Source: a virus
Taxonomy: Duplodnaviria; Caudoviricetes
Reading direction: 5' to 3' (one strand)
Length of the DNA: 64,000 nucleotides
IMG/VR virus record: IMGVR_UViG_3300032330_001398
This document shows positions 8,698 to 17,160 of this stretch, in pieces. The position numbers were made by a program, and so were the translations under genes. Position 1 is the stretch's first letter, and each line of letters begins with the position of its first letter. The notes below the pieces were generated by a model. It was not told the DNA's origin, did no database searches, and saw only the letters and a program-made list of their open reading frames with translations.

Positions 8698-9642
8698 ATG
8701 ACATTACCCAACTTTTCAATTAAGAATAGAGATGATCTATTAGAGACTATAGCAAGTGAACTTGCTGATAATAATGCTGGAGCTATTTCAGCTTATGATG
8801 TTAGACACAATATGTTAGACACTGTTGGTTCTATTAATCAAATTGTTGCCAGTGGAGATTTCAATTCTACAAATCCATTTGTTAATAATGTCAGAGCAAA
8901 AATAACAAATTCAACTGGCGGTTTATTTATTGCAGAATCTGGCATAAATTTTCCAAGCACCGGTGGAACTCAGTATGTTGCATATCCCGGCCCCGGCGGT
9001 ATTGTTCATAATACTTTAGCGGGTTTAACTGCTGGAGATCCTCACACACAATATATGCCACTAACTGGCACAAGAGTTATGCAAAATAACCTTGGTACTG
9101 GTTCAGTTTGGGTAAATTCAAGTGGTAATTCTCAAATAAGTTCCAGTAATAATCGCGGACTTAAATTTGAATACGTATCATCGACCGTAGAAAATATCCA
9201 TGTTGGAAGTGGTAGTAAGATTACATTTGATTTAGATGGATCTATGTTTAGAACTGGCCACGGAATTGCTAAAGCTTGGATCACTTTTGATGCTAGTGAA
9301 TCAACACCGGTTATAAATTCATGGCACAATATACACACGCTAGAAAAAGTTGATACTGGAAAATTCAAAATTTATTTTACATCTGGCGTATTAGCAGATA
9401 ATAATTATGTTGCGATTGGATTAAGCAATGCTAGATCAACGGCAGCTAATGGTGAAGATTTCGATCATAACACCGTTGGTGTAGTATCTAGGACAGGAGA
9501 TGATGCTACCGAATTAAGATCGGTAACATTTAATGTTATCAACGGTGAAGGAACTTATACAGACGCTCAAGTGAATGACCTAATTGTATTTGGTTATAAC
9601 GTTGGTAGTTCAACTGGAAATCCACCAACAGTAATCGTATAA
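8698..9642 (+). CDS. Fibre-like virion protein
   Basis: HNTLAGL..GDPHTQY motif; AKAWITFD...TGKFKIYF C-terminal fibre-type domain. Confidence 0.6.
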   Translation: MTLPNFSIKNRDDLLETIASELADNNAGAISAYDVRHNMLDTVGSINQIVASGDFNSTNPFVNNVRAKITNSTGGLFIAESGINFPSTGGTQYVAYPGPGGIVHNTLAGLTAGDPHTQYMPLTGTRVMQNNLGTGSVWVNSSGNSQISSSNNRGLKFEYVSSTVENIHVGSGSKITFDLDGSMFRTGHGIAKAWITFDASESTPVINSWHNIHTLEKVDTGKFKIYFTSGVLADNNYVAIGLSNARSTAANGEDFDHNTVGVVSRTGDDATELRSVTFNVINGEGTYTDAQVNDLIVFGYNVGSSTGNPPTVIV

Positions 9643-9643
9643 T

Positions 9644-11536
9644 ATGTCTATTAAATTATTTGATAGAATAAAAGAGATTAGTTATACAATCGGTATAGGC
9701 AATATAATGTTGTCTGGACCGGTTGATGGTTTTAGTTCATTCGGATCATTTTATGATCACGAAGATAATTTATTTTATGCAATAACGGATGGAATTAATT
9801 ATGAGATTGGTTCTGGAATTTTTCAAAGAGAAGACTACGATATACATGATAGTATAAATCAAGATCAATTAATCAGATTTCCATTAGTAAGTACTAACGA
9901 TAATAATCTAGTAAACTTTGACGAAGGCATAAAAGAGGTTTATGTAACGTATCCTGCTACTCATTCGGTATTTATGAGTTCTGGCATTAATAACGCAAAC
10001 CTTCCAGATGTTAGCGGTTTAGCTTTCTGGTCATCATCAAACTCTTTAGATTATGATGAAAATATAATTTGGGATAAAGACAACCACCGTTTAGGTATTA
10101 GACAATCAAATCCAAGCTATCCCATAGACGTTGGTGGTGAACCATACGAATCTATTATTAGAGCTTCTGGATTTATAGTAGCAGAAGAAGGAATAACATT
10201 TCCACCAAGTAATAATGGAGAATTATCTTATCCCGGTGGAACTCAATTAACACATTATGAAATGAATAGGCTTGATCAATATGCTTATGATAATTCGTTA
10301 ATTGGTCAGTTAACTGGTAGCGATGCTGTCATAGAACTTAGTGGTTCAGCTAATCAATATTTGCTATTTAAAAAACAAGACTCTGGTTTAGTTTTTGCTG
10401 GCCCCGTTAGTGGTTGCACCCCTCCATGCTCTCCGGGTTATCCAAGTTTTAGACCATTAGATATTAGTGATATTCCTAATCTAGATAGTCTTTATGTTAC
10501 GGATTCTGAACTTCTTGGAGTTTCTGGAGTATTAAACGGTCGTATCAATACTGTTTCTGGGATGATAATACAAACCTCTGGAATGCTAATAGGAGTTTCT
10601 GGTTTTCTTAGAAATGACTTGGTAGTTGTTTCTGGGATATCTTCACAAAATAGAACTAATTTAACTGCTATTTCTGGTATGCTAATAGGAGCTTCTGGAG
10701 CATTAAGAACTGATTTAGTAACAGCCTCTGGAGCTTTAAGAAGTAATGATGTTGCTATCTCTGGATATTTCCAAAATAAAACACAAAATATAGTATCTTC
10801 ACTAAACTCTACAAAATTTAATGGACAGGTTGGAATTAACTATCCCCCTAGAATAGACTCTTCTTTATCGATTTCGCAATATGGAGTTAATCAAGATGTT
10901 AATTTTGGTATAGTTATTAGTCAAGCTAATAGTGCCACAATAAATGGATCTTATCAAAGTAGAGGTATTCAATGTTATTCAAGTAATTTTGTACAAGATA
11001 ATGTGTTTGATTATGGAGCAAGTGCTGGCATAAATTGTATAGCATTAAGAAATTTTGCTAGCGCATTAGATGGTGGATATTTAGAAACTTTGCATGGAAT
11101 AAATATAATCTATGGTAACTACGACATACATCCACAAAGTCCTATAACAAACGTTGCAGCAGGATTGGTAATAAGTTGTTGTAAAACTAGTGGTAATATA
11201 AATTATGCTTATGACTTATACATAAGCTCAAGTGGGCATAATGCTACTAATCATTGGGCTATATATCAAGTAGATTCTAATGTAAACAATCTTTTAAATG
11301 GAAATGTTGGTATTAAAACAAGTATTCCAACAGCAGCATTGGATATTAATAGTAACTATCTTAGATTAAGAAGTTCTAAGACTCCATCTACTTCAAGCTC
11401 AACTGGAGATACTGGCAGCATTTGTTGGGATAGTAACTATATTTATGTTTGTACTAGTCCAAATACTTGGAAAAGAGCAGCACTTTCAACTTGGGCAACA
11501 GCTACTACAACATCCACAACAACGGTAGCACCATAA
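9644..11536 (+). CDS. Tail/neck fibre protein with SG-periodic coiled coil and Thr-rich C-terminal tail
   Basis: N-terminal DRIKE domain paralogous to 2799; xSG repeats; GNVGI.T..P...LD motif; GSICWDSNYIYVC...WKRAAL..W then ATATTTSTTTVAP. Confidence 0.7.
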   Translation: MSIKLFDRIKEISYTIGIGNIMLSGPVDGFSSFGSFYDHEDNLFYAITDGINYEIGSGIFQREDYDIHDSINQDQLIRFPLVSTNDNNLVNFDEGIKEVYVTYPATHSVFMSSGINNANLPDVSGLAFWSSSNSLDYDENIIWDKDNHRLGIRQSNPSYPIDVGGEPYESIIRASGFIVAEEGITFPPSNNGELSYPGGTQLTHYEMNRLDQYAYDNSLIGQLTGSDAVIELSGSANQYLLFKKQDSGLVFAGPVSGCTPPCSPGYPSFRPLDISDIPNLDSLYVTDSELLGVSGVLNGRINTVSGMIIQTSGMLIGVSGFLRNDLVVVSGISSQNRTNLTAISGMLIGASGALRTDLVTASGALRSNDVAISGYFQNKTQNIVSSLNSTKFNGQVGINYPPRIDSSLSISQYGVNQDVNFGIVISQANSATINGSYQSRGIQCYSSNFVQDNVFDYGASAGINCIALRNFASALDGGYLETLHGINIIYGNYDIHPQSPITNVAAGLVISCCKTSGNINYAYDLYISSSGHNATNHWAIYQVDSNVNNLLNGNVGIKTSIPTAALDINSNYLRLRSSKTPSTSSSTGDTGSICWDSNYIYVCTSPNTWKRAALSTWATATTTSTTTVAP

Positions 11537-11537
11537 T

Positions 11538-12020
11538 ATGTCAATTTATATACCACAAAGCGTATTTGATAAATATTATGAAGTCATAGATTCTACTTTT
11601 GATATCTTTGGTGTAACTTGTCAACTAGTTTCTATCGATAAGCTTGAAGAGGTTATAAAAAATCCTAATAACAATATTCCAGATAAGAACTCAATAAATG
11701 CTCATAGACTTCGTGATGGAGAATATGACAGAGGAAATAAAACAATAAGAGAGATAGAAACTTTATCAGATATTAAACTTAAAGTATACTGGGATCCAAA
11801 ACAATGGATTGGAGTTACTGGAGCTATTCAAGTTCCAGATAATTCTATTCAAACTATTGGGTATATGTCAGATTTACCAAGAGTTTTAGCTGCAAAATCT
11901 TTGATAGTACATAAAGACATTAAAGATTACAAAGAAATGAGATTTCAAAGATCTGGTGAACATATTCCAATTGGTTTAAAACAAATACGATATTTTGCTT
12001 GTTTTTGGAGCAGAGTATGA
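11538..12020 (+). CDS. Putative head-closure (stopper) protein
   Basis: 160 aa, beta-rich; synteny between adaptor and tail-completion genes. Confidence 0.45.
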   Translation: MSIYIPQSVFDKYYEVIDSTFDIFGVTCQLVSIDKLEEVIKNPNNNIPDKNSINAHRLRDGEYDRGNKTIREIETLSDIKLKVYWDPKQWIGVTGAIQVPDNSIQTIGYMSDLPRVLAAKSLIVHKDIKDYKEMRFQRSGEHIPIGLKQIRYFACFWSRV

Positions 12021-12652
12021 CAATAAGTTTAAGAATAACAGACTCAATTAGTGTTATAGAAAAAAACTTAAATACTGCTATAGCGTCATATATTAATGAA
12101 AAATTAACTAGCAATACTAATAATATTATAGCAGAAATATCAGCACATATACCAAATTGGATAATATCTCAACCAGAAATAAACTCCTTATTATCAAATG
12201 ATAATTCGTCATTGGCTGGATATTTTGGAATACCATCCGATGTTGGATCAGTTGTTGATGCTATAGTCAACTCTATTGTTGGTTCGCTTTCATTTAAGTT
12301 TGTAAATTTCAACAATAGTTTAACAAAAGGTGGATTTGAAATATACATTCAACCAAGCAATTTCGCAAATCTTCTTGGATTAAAAGAGGGTCATACAATT
12401 TATCAAGGTGGAGATTTACATTGGTTAGATTGGTTGTTAATTCGCGGAGACGCAATAATAGTTTCAAATTACCAATATAACCCAGCAACTGGACTAGGAA
12501 GATCTGGTCTTGGTCATATGGTTGGCGGCGGCTCGTTCAGAGTTCCACCGCAATATGCTGGAACAATAACAGAAAATTTTGTAACAAGAGCTTTATCTGG
12601 AAATGAACAAGATAGAGTAATTACAAACATTTTTGATAAATACTTAGGATAA
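12017..12652 (+). CDS. Putative neck/tail-completion protein
   Basis: Start moved to ATG 12017 (ATGA overlap); LHWLDWLL.RG...NFVTRAL; synteny. Confidence 0.45.
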   Translation: MTISLRITDSISVIEKNLNTAIASYINEKLTSNTNNIIAEISAHIPNWIISQPEINSLLSNDNSSLAGYFGIPSDVGSVVDAIVNSIVGSLSFKFVNFNNSLTKGGFEIYIQPSNFANLLGLKEGHTIYQGGDLHWLDWLLIRGDAIIVSNYQYNPATGLGRSGLGHMVGGGSFRVPPQYAGTITENFVTRALSGNEQDRVITNIFDKYLG

Positions 12653-12656
12653 TTTT

Positions 12657-13631
12657 ATGGCTAATCACTTAAATCTAAAAGGTTTTAATGACGTTTTTAG
12701 TACAACGCTAAATAATGAAATTCAAGATAACCTTATTGAATTTTTAGAATGGGCGCTCTTAGAAAAAGGTAACTATTTTAACGTTAATTTAAATGAATTA
12801 TCTTCTGACGGTGTTGATTATAGCAAATTGAAATTATCATCAAATCATAATTTTATAGATGGACAAGCTTGGGAGGCTTTTAGATCTAACTGGGTTTGGC
12901 AAAGCGGTATTAGTTACAATCCAGCCCCCATAGTTGGTACTAATAACACAGTACCCGGTATTTCTGGAGTTTATGTAAACGATATTTTTTATGATTCAGC
13001 ATCATCTGGCGAATATGCACATAAGATTGACTATTACAATGGAAGAGTTATATTTGATAACCCAATTCCAACAGGAAGTAAAGTACAAGTAGAATATAGT
13101 TATAAATACATCAATGTTGTATATGCTAATAGTTTGCCTTGGTTAGCAGAAGTTCAATATAGATCATTAGATTTAAGCAGTAATTTTAACACTGTAAAAA
13201 AGGGAGATTTTGAACTCCCAAGTGAATCCAGAGTTCAATTACCAGCTATAGCTGTAGAAATAGTACCAAGAAGAACTCTTCGTGGATATCAATTGGGAGG
13301 TGGACAATTCGTTGAAACAGATGTATTATTCCATTGTTTAGCAGAAGATGAATTCACTAGAAATAAATTGATAGATATTGTTTCTTTGCAAAATGATAAA
13401 ACTATATACATGTTCAATAGCAATAATATAGCTAATAGTGGAGATTTTCCACTAAATTACATGGGAGTTCCTTGTTCTGGAGCTTTAAGATATCCAGAAT
13501 TATTAGAAAAATACCCTAGAGGATCTCTCAGGTTAAAAAATTCAATAGTACAGGGCATGGATTTAATAAATAGCAATTTCTATGCTGGTATAGTCAGATT
13601 GACCGCTGAATCAATCGAAGCAACGATATAA
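12657..13631 (+). CDS. Putative tail terminator protein with inserted beta domain
   Basis: LPAIAVE...RGYQLGGG motif; IDYYNGRVIF...VQVEYSY insert; immediately precedes tail tube gene. Confidence 0.55.
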   Translation: MANHLNLKGFNDVFSTTLNNEIQDNLIEFLEWALLEKGNYFNVNLNELSSDGVDYSKLKLSSNHNFIDGQAWEAFRSNWVWQSGISYNPAPIVGTNNTVPGISGVYVNDIFYDSASSGEYAHKIDYYNGRVIFDNPIPTGSKVQVEYSYKYINVVYANSLPWLAEVQYRSLDLSSNFNTVKKGDFELPSESRVQLPAIAVEIVPRRTLRGYQLGGGQFVETDVLFHCLAEDEFTRNKLIDIVSLQNDKTIYMFNSNNIANSGDFPLNYMGVPCSGALRYPELLEKYPRGSLRLKNSIVQGMDLINSNFYAGIVRLTAESIEATI

Positions 13632-13635
13632 TCCT

Positions 13636-13652
13636 GTGTATAAACAATTAGA
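13636..13652 (+). promoter_or_regulatory. Putative late-promoter motif GTGTAT-N7-TAGA
   Basis: gtgtat aaacaat taga, intergenic, upstream of tail tube gene. Confidence 0.6.
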
Positions 13653-13682
13653 GTTTCCCCATAATATTATAGGAGAGAAATA

Positions 13683-14768
13683 ATGGCAAATAATAGAATT
13701 TTTTACGCCTGTCAAGCTGTAGCCATTGAGCCATGCTATGTGGGCGGCATGACCGCTATTCATGGTGTACAAAGCGTTGGCGTAAACACAAACTTTAACT
13801 TGGAACAAGCCTTCGAATTAGGCCAGATTCAAATTTATGAAAATATTGAAGGTTTACCAGAAATCGAAGTTACCCTAGAAAAAGTTCTAGACGGTTATCC
13901 ATTAATGTATCACTTGGCTAGCCCAAATGCTTCAAATCTTGGTTTAGTTAGTCGTGCCAAGGAAAGAAGCTGCATCGCTCTTGGCATTTATTCTGATTCA
14001 AATGACGCTGTAGAAACAGAAGGTACTCCCCCAGTAGAAATTTATATGAGTGGTATGTATTTTAGTAACTTAAGTTACAAATTACAAACTGATGGTAACT
14101 GCACAGAATCAGTAACATTCGTTGGAAATCACAAGGTTTGGAATACATCTAGTCAAAAAATCGACGGCGCAGTAGTAGCCAGCTTGGATGGATCTGACGT
14201 TCCCGCCGCACTAACTGATGGTTTTGGTGGTATTCAGCGTAGAGAAAACGTTGTTATGGCAGACTGTATTCTACCACAATCAATTTATGGCGTTGCAGCA
14301 AACTCAAGTCCCGGCAATGCTGTTGGTTTAGATGGTCTTCCAATCGTTCACGTTCAAGACTGCACAATTAGTACAGATTTGAGTCGTGATAACATCCTAG
14401 AGCTTGGTCGTAAAGCTCCTTACTATCGCGCTCCAAAGTATCCTGTTGAAGTAACATGTGAATTCAATGTTATCGCAGTATCTGGAGACTTCGTTTCAGC
14501 ATATGAAGAAGGTAGACCAGAATGGAGTCAAGAAGAAAGCCCCAATGATCCCAGACAAGGTAATAACACAGCACAAGAAACTATCAGAATGGTTCTTCAA
14601 GATGGCACTGTATTCGATTTAGGCAATAAGAATAGACTATCATCTGTTTCTTATGGCGGTGGTGATGCTAATGGTGGTAATGTTTCAATTAAGTATAGTT
14701 ATTCAACATACAATGAATTGACTGTAACAAATCCCAATTCAGATCCAGCTACTGGTCTTTATCCTTGA
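13683..14768 (+). CDS. Major tail tube protein (putative)
   Basis: 361 aa; strong SD aggag, own promoter motif; two repeated VQ..........ELG half-domains; upstream of TMP. Confidence 0.65.
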   Translation: MANNRIFYACQAVAIEPCYVGGMTAIHGVQSVGVNTNFNLEQAFELGQIQIYENIEGLPEIEVTLEKVLDGYPLMYHLASPNASNLGLVSRAKERSCIALGIYSDSNDAVETEGTPPVEIYMSGMYFSNLSYKLQTDGNCTESVTFVGNHKVWNTSSQKIDGAVVASLDGSDVPAALTDGFGGIQRRENVVMADCILPQSIYGVAANSSPGNAVGLDGLPIVHVQDCTISTDLSRDNILELGRKAPYYRAPKYPVEVTCEFNVIAVSGDFVSAYEEGRPEWSQEESPNDPRQGNNTAQETIRMVLQDGTVFDLGNKNRLSSVSYGGGDANGGNVSIKYSYSTYNELTVTNPNSDPATGLYP

Positions 14769-14818
14769 TATAGAACCAAGTTATACAATTAATAGGACTC
14801 AAAAGGAAACAAAATGTA

Positions 14819-14870
14819 GGCTCCCGCTTGTGAGGTTTTTATGAAACAACATGAGCGGGAGTTTTTTATT
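14819..14870 (+). terminator. Intrinsic terminator/attenuator-like hairpin overlapping the SD and ATG of the 14841 gene
   Basis: ctcccgcttgtg (14821-14832) pairs with catgagcgggag (14850-14861; two G-U), followed by tttttt. Confidence 0.6.
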
Positions 14871-15866
14871 TCCCTCATACGCTCTGGAAAGTACTTTGTA
14901 AAAGATTTAATTATAGTTCCACCAACAATTGATCAATATTTTCAAGCTTGTCAAATATATAATGAAGCATTTCAACAAGCTTATATTGATGGGATGATGG
15001 ATGAATCAGAGATAAATGAGTGGATGATTCAACAAGAATTATGGACAAATAAAGACGAGGAAAGACTAGAGGGGTTAAAAAAAGATATTGAAAAATTGAA
15101 GATAGAAATTTATAATGCTAGAAATAATGAACAATTAAGAGAACAAATTAGATTGTACATTCGTGCTGGCGAATCTCAGTTGATATCTCACTCCAATAAG
15201 AAAAATCAATACTATTTAAATACATGCGAAGGTTATGCTTCTTACGAAAAATTATCGTGGATAATCAAAAATACAACATATAAGGAAAACCAAGTATATA
15301 ATTTTAACGAAGTATCTCTTCCATACGTTGTTGATGAATATCAAAATTCAGCAATATCAGAATCTAAAATTAGAGAATTAGCAAGATCAGAACCGTGGAG
15401 ATCTTTGTGGGTTATATTCGAAAAAGCACAAATTCAACTTTTTAACAATGATAAGAATCAAGAATTAACTTACAACCAAAAAAATCTTATAATATGGTCG
15501 CAAACATATGATAATATTCATGAGTCAATGGATTGCCCAAATAAAGAAGTGATAGAAGATGATGATATGCTAGATGGATGGTTTATATTACAAGGTCAAA
15601 AGAGAGAAAGAGAAAAGAATGAAAAGGAATTTGAAGATTCTGTTCAAAATGAAAAAATAAAGAATTCTTCAGAAGTATTCGTAATGGCCAAAGATAGTAA
15701 ATCTATTAGTAAAATAGAACAATTAAATGACCCACATGCGGCAAGAATCAAAAGACAAAGAGAGCAATTATTAAAAAATAAAGGGAGTGTTACACAAGAT
15801 CAATTCGCTGACGAAAAACTGAATCTACAAATGAAAGCAACAAACCAATTAAGAGGAAGATCATAA
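14841..15866 (+). CDS. Hypothetical helical protein, possible tail assembly chaperone
   Basis: 341 aa charged/coiled-coil, between tube and TMP genes. Confidence 0.5.
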   Translation: MKQHEREFFISLIRSGKYFVKDLIIVPPTIDQYFQACQIYNEAFQQAYIDGMMDESEINEWMIQQELWTNKDEERLEGLKKDIEKLKIEIYNARNNEQLREQIRLYIRAGESQLISHSNKKNQYYLNTCEGYASYEKLSWIIKNTTYKENQVYNFNEVSLPYVVDEYQNSAISESKIRELARSEPWRSLWVIFEKAQIQLFNNDKNQELTYNQKNLIIWSQTYDNIHESMDCPNKEVIEDDDMLDGWFILQGQKREREKNEKEFEDSVQNEKIKNSSEVFVMAKDSKSISKIEQLNDPHAARIKRQREQLLKNKGSVTQDQFADEKLNLQMKATNQLRGRS

Positions 15867-15876
15867 GGAGGACAAA

Positions 15877-16239
15877 ATGGATAAATTGCCAGAAGATTAT
15901 GTTAAAATGACAGACTACAAAAAAGCCAGAGAAGCTAAGTATAAACTTGACTCAAAAGAAAGGTTGTCAAAGATTCTTAAAAAGAAAATACAAACAACCA
16001 TGATCGGTGCTTTAAGTAGCATAGAGGAAAATCTAGGATTTTTATGGAATAGCAATTCTGACAAGCCTCTAACAAAAGACCAAGAAGAACTTAAGAATCT
16101 GTATAATAAAATAAGATCAGAAATTTTAGATAAAGGAAATAATCAAGCTCGTAATATTGATGCTGAACTAGCACAATACGATGTAGAATGGTTAAGATAT
16201 TCAATTAAAATGCCCGTTATTCAATCGCCACAAAACTAA
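15877..16239 (+). CDS. Hypothetical protein
   Basis: 120 aa, SD aggagg. Confidence 0.7.
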   Translation: MDKLPEDYVKMTDYKKAREAKYKLDSKERLSKILKKKIQTTMIGALSSIEENLGFLWNSNSDKPLTKDQEELKNLYNKIRSEILDKGNNQARNIDAELAQYDVEWLRYSIKMPVIQSPQN

Positions 16240-16251
16240 GGAGGACAAATT

Positions 16252-17124
16252 ATGTCACAGGATAAAGAAAAAATTGTTGATGTTAAAATCACTAAGAATG
16301 GTAAAGAAGAAATCGTAAAATTATGCATTAAAAAGCCAAGTAGCACATTAATGTCATCGGCCCAAAGAATTGGGGCGAAAGTTTGGACGGATTGTGTGCG
16401 AGATGGCATTATGACTAAAAAAGAACTAGAAAAGTTCATGAATGCCCAAGGAGTTTGGGATAAGAATAAGGACGCTCAACAGAAAGAAATTACAGACACT
16501 ATTTTAGATCTAGAAAAACAACTATATGTTAGCGGTAAAAATGGTAAATTAAGAGCGTCCGAAGGTAAAAGAATAGCCATAGAAATGCGTAAAAAGAGAA
16601 ATGAGTTACGCGATCTTATTGCTGAAAGGTTGTCTTTAGAGCAAAATACAGCAGAATCCATTTCTGATAATAGTAAATTTGACTTTTTAGTTGCTAATTG
16701 TGCATTTTATGAAAATGGTAATAAAGTGTATAATGATTTAGAAGACTATCAAAGAAGGTCAGATGACGAAATTGGCTATACATCAGCTACAACGTTAGCT
16801 GGTATGCTATATTCTGTGGACAAAGATTTTGAGGCAAAATTACCAGAAAATAAATTCCTCAAAATGTTCCACTATGTGAACGATAATCTTAGTTTGGTTA
16901 ACGAAAAGGGTGAAACTGTAGATTTAGAAGGCAGAAGAATAGATAATCAAGGTTATTACATTAATAACGATGGAAAAAGAACGGATAAAGAAGGTAACTT
17001 ACTAGACGATTCTGGAAATTACGTTCCAAGCCTTACTTACTTAGATGATAATGACCAAACTCTAGAAGAACCAAAAGCAACAGCAGTTCAAAAAGTAAAG
17101 AAATCCAAATCTTCGGATAGCTAA
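16252..17124 (+). CDS. Putative tail assembly chaperone
   Basis: 290 aa, SD aggagg, immediately upstream of TMP; short DxxG hairpin repeats near the C-terminus. Confidence 0.5.
   Translation: MSQDKEKIVDVKITKNGKEEIVKLCIKKPSSTLMSSAQRIGAKVWTDCVRDGIMTKKELEKFMNAQGVWDKNKDAQQKEITDTILDLEKQLYVSGKNGKLRASEGKRIAIEMRKKRNELRDLIAERLSLEQNTAESISDNSKFDFLVANCAFYENGNKVYNDLEDYQRRSDDEIGYTSATTLAGMLYSVDKDFEAKLPENKFLKMFHYVNDNLSLVNEKGETVDLEGRRIDNQGYYINNDGKRTDKEGNLLDDSGNYVPSLTYLDDNDQTLEEPKATAVQKVKKSKSSDS
16726..16742 (+). promoter_or_regulatory. Intragenic putative late-promoter motif GTGTAT-N7-TAGA upstream of TMP
   Basis: gtgtat aatgatt taga, ~420 bp before the TMP start. Confidence 0.45.
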
Positions 17125-17160
17125 TGGATAGTGAGCGGCTTTAACCAAAGTTAGGAAACT

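Noticed and set aside
14841-17124. Programmed -1 frameshift of the lambda G/GT type
   Set aside because: Three separate ORFs each with an SD; no convincing slippery site with an overlapping extension frame found by eye
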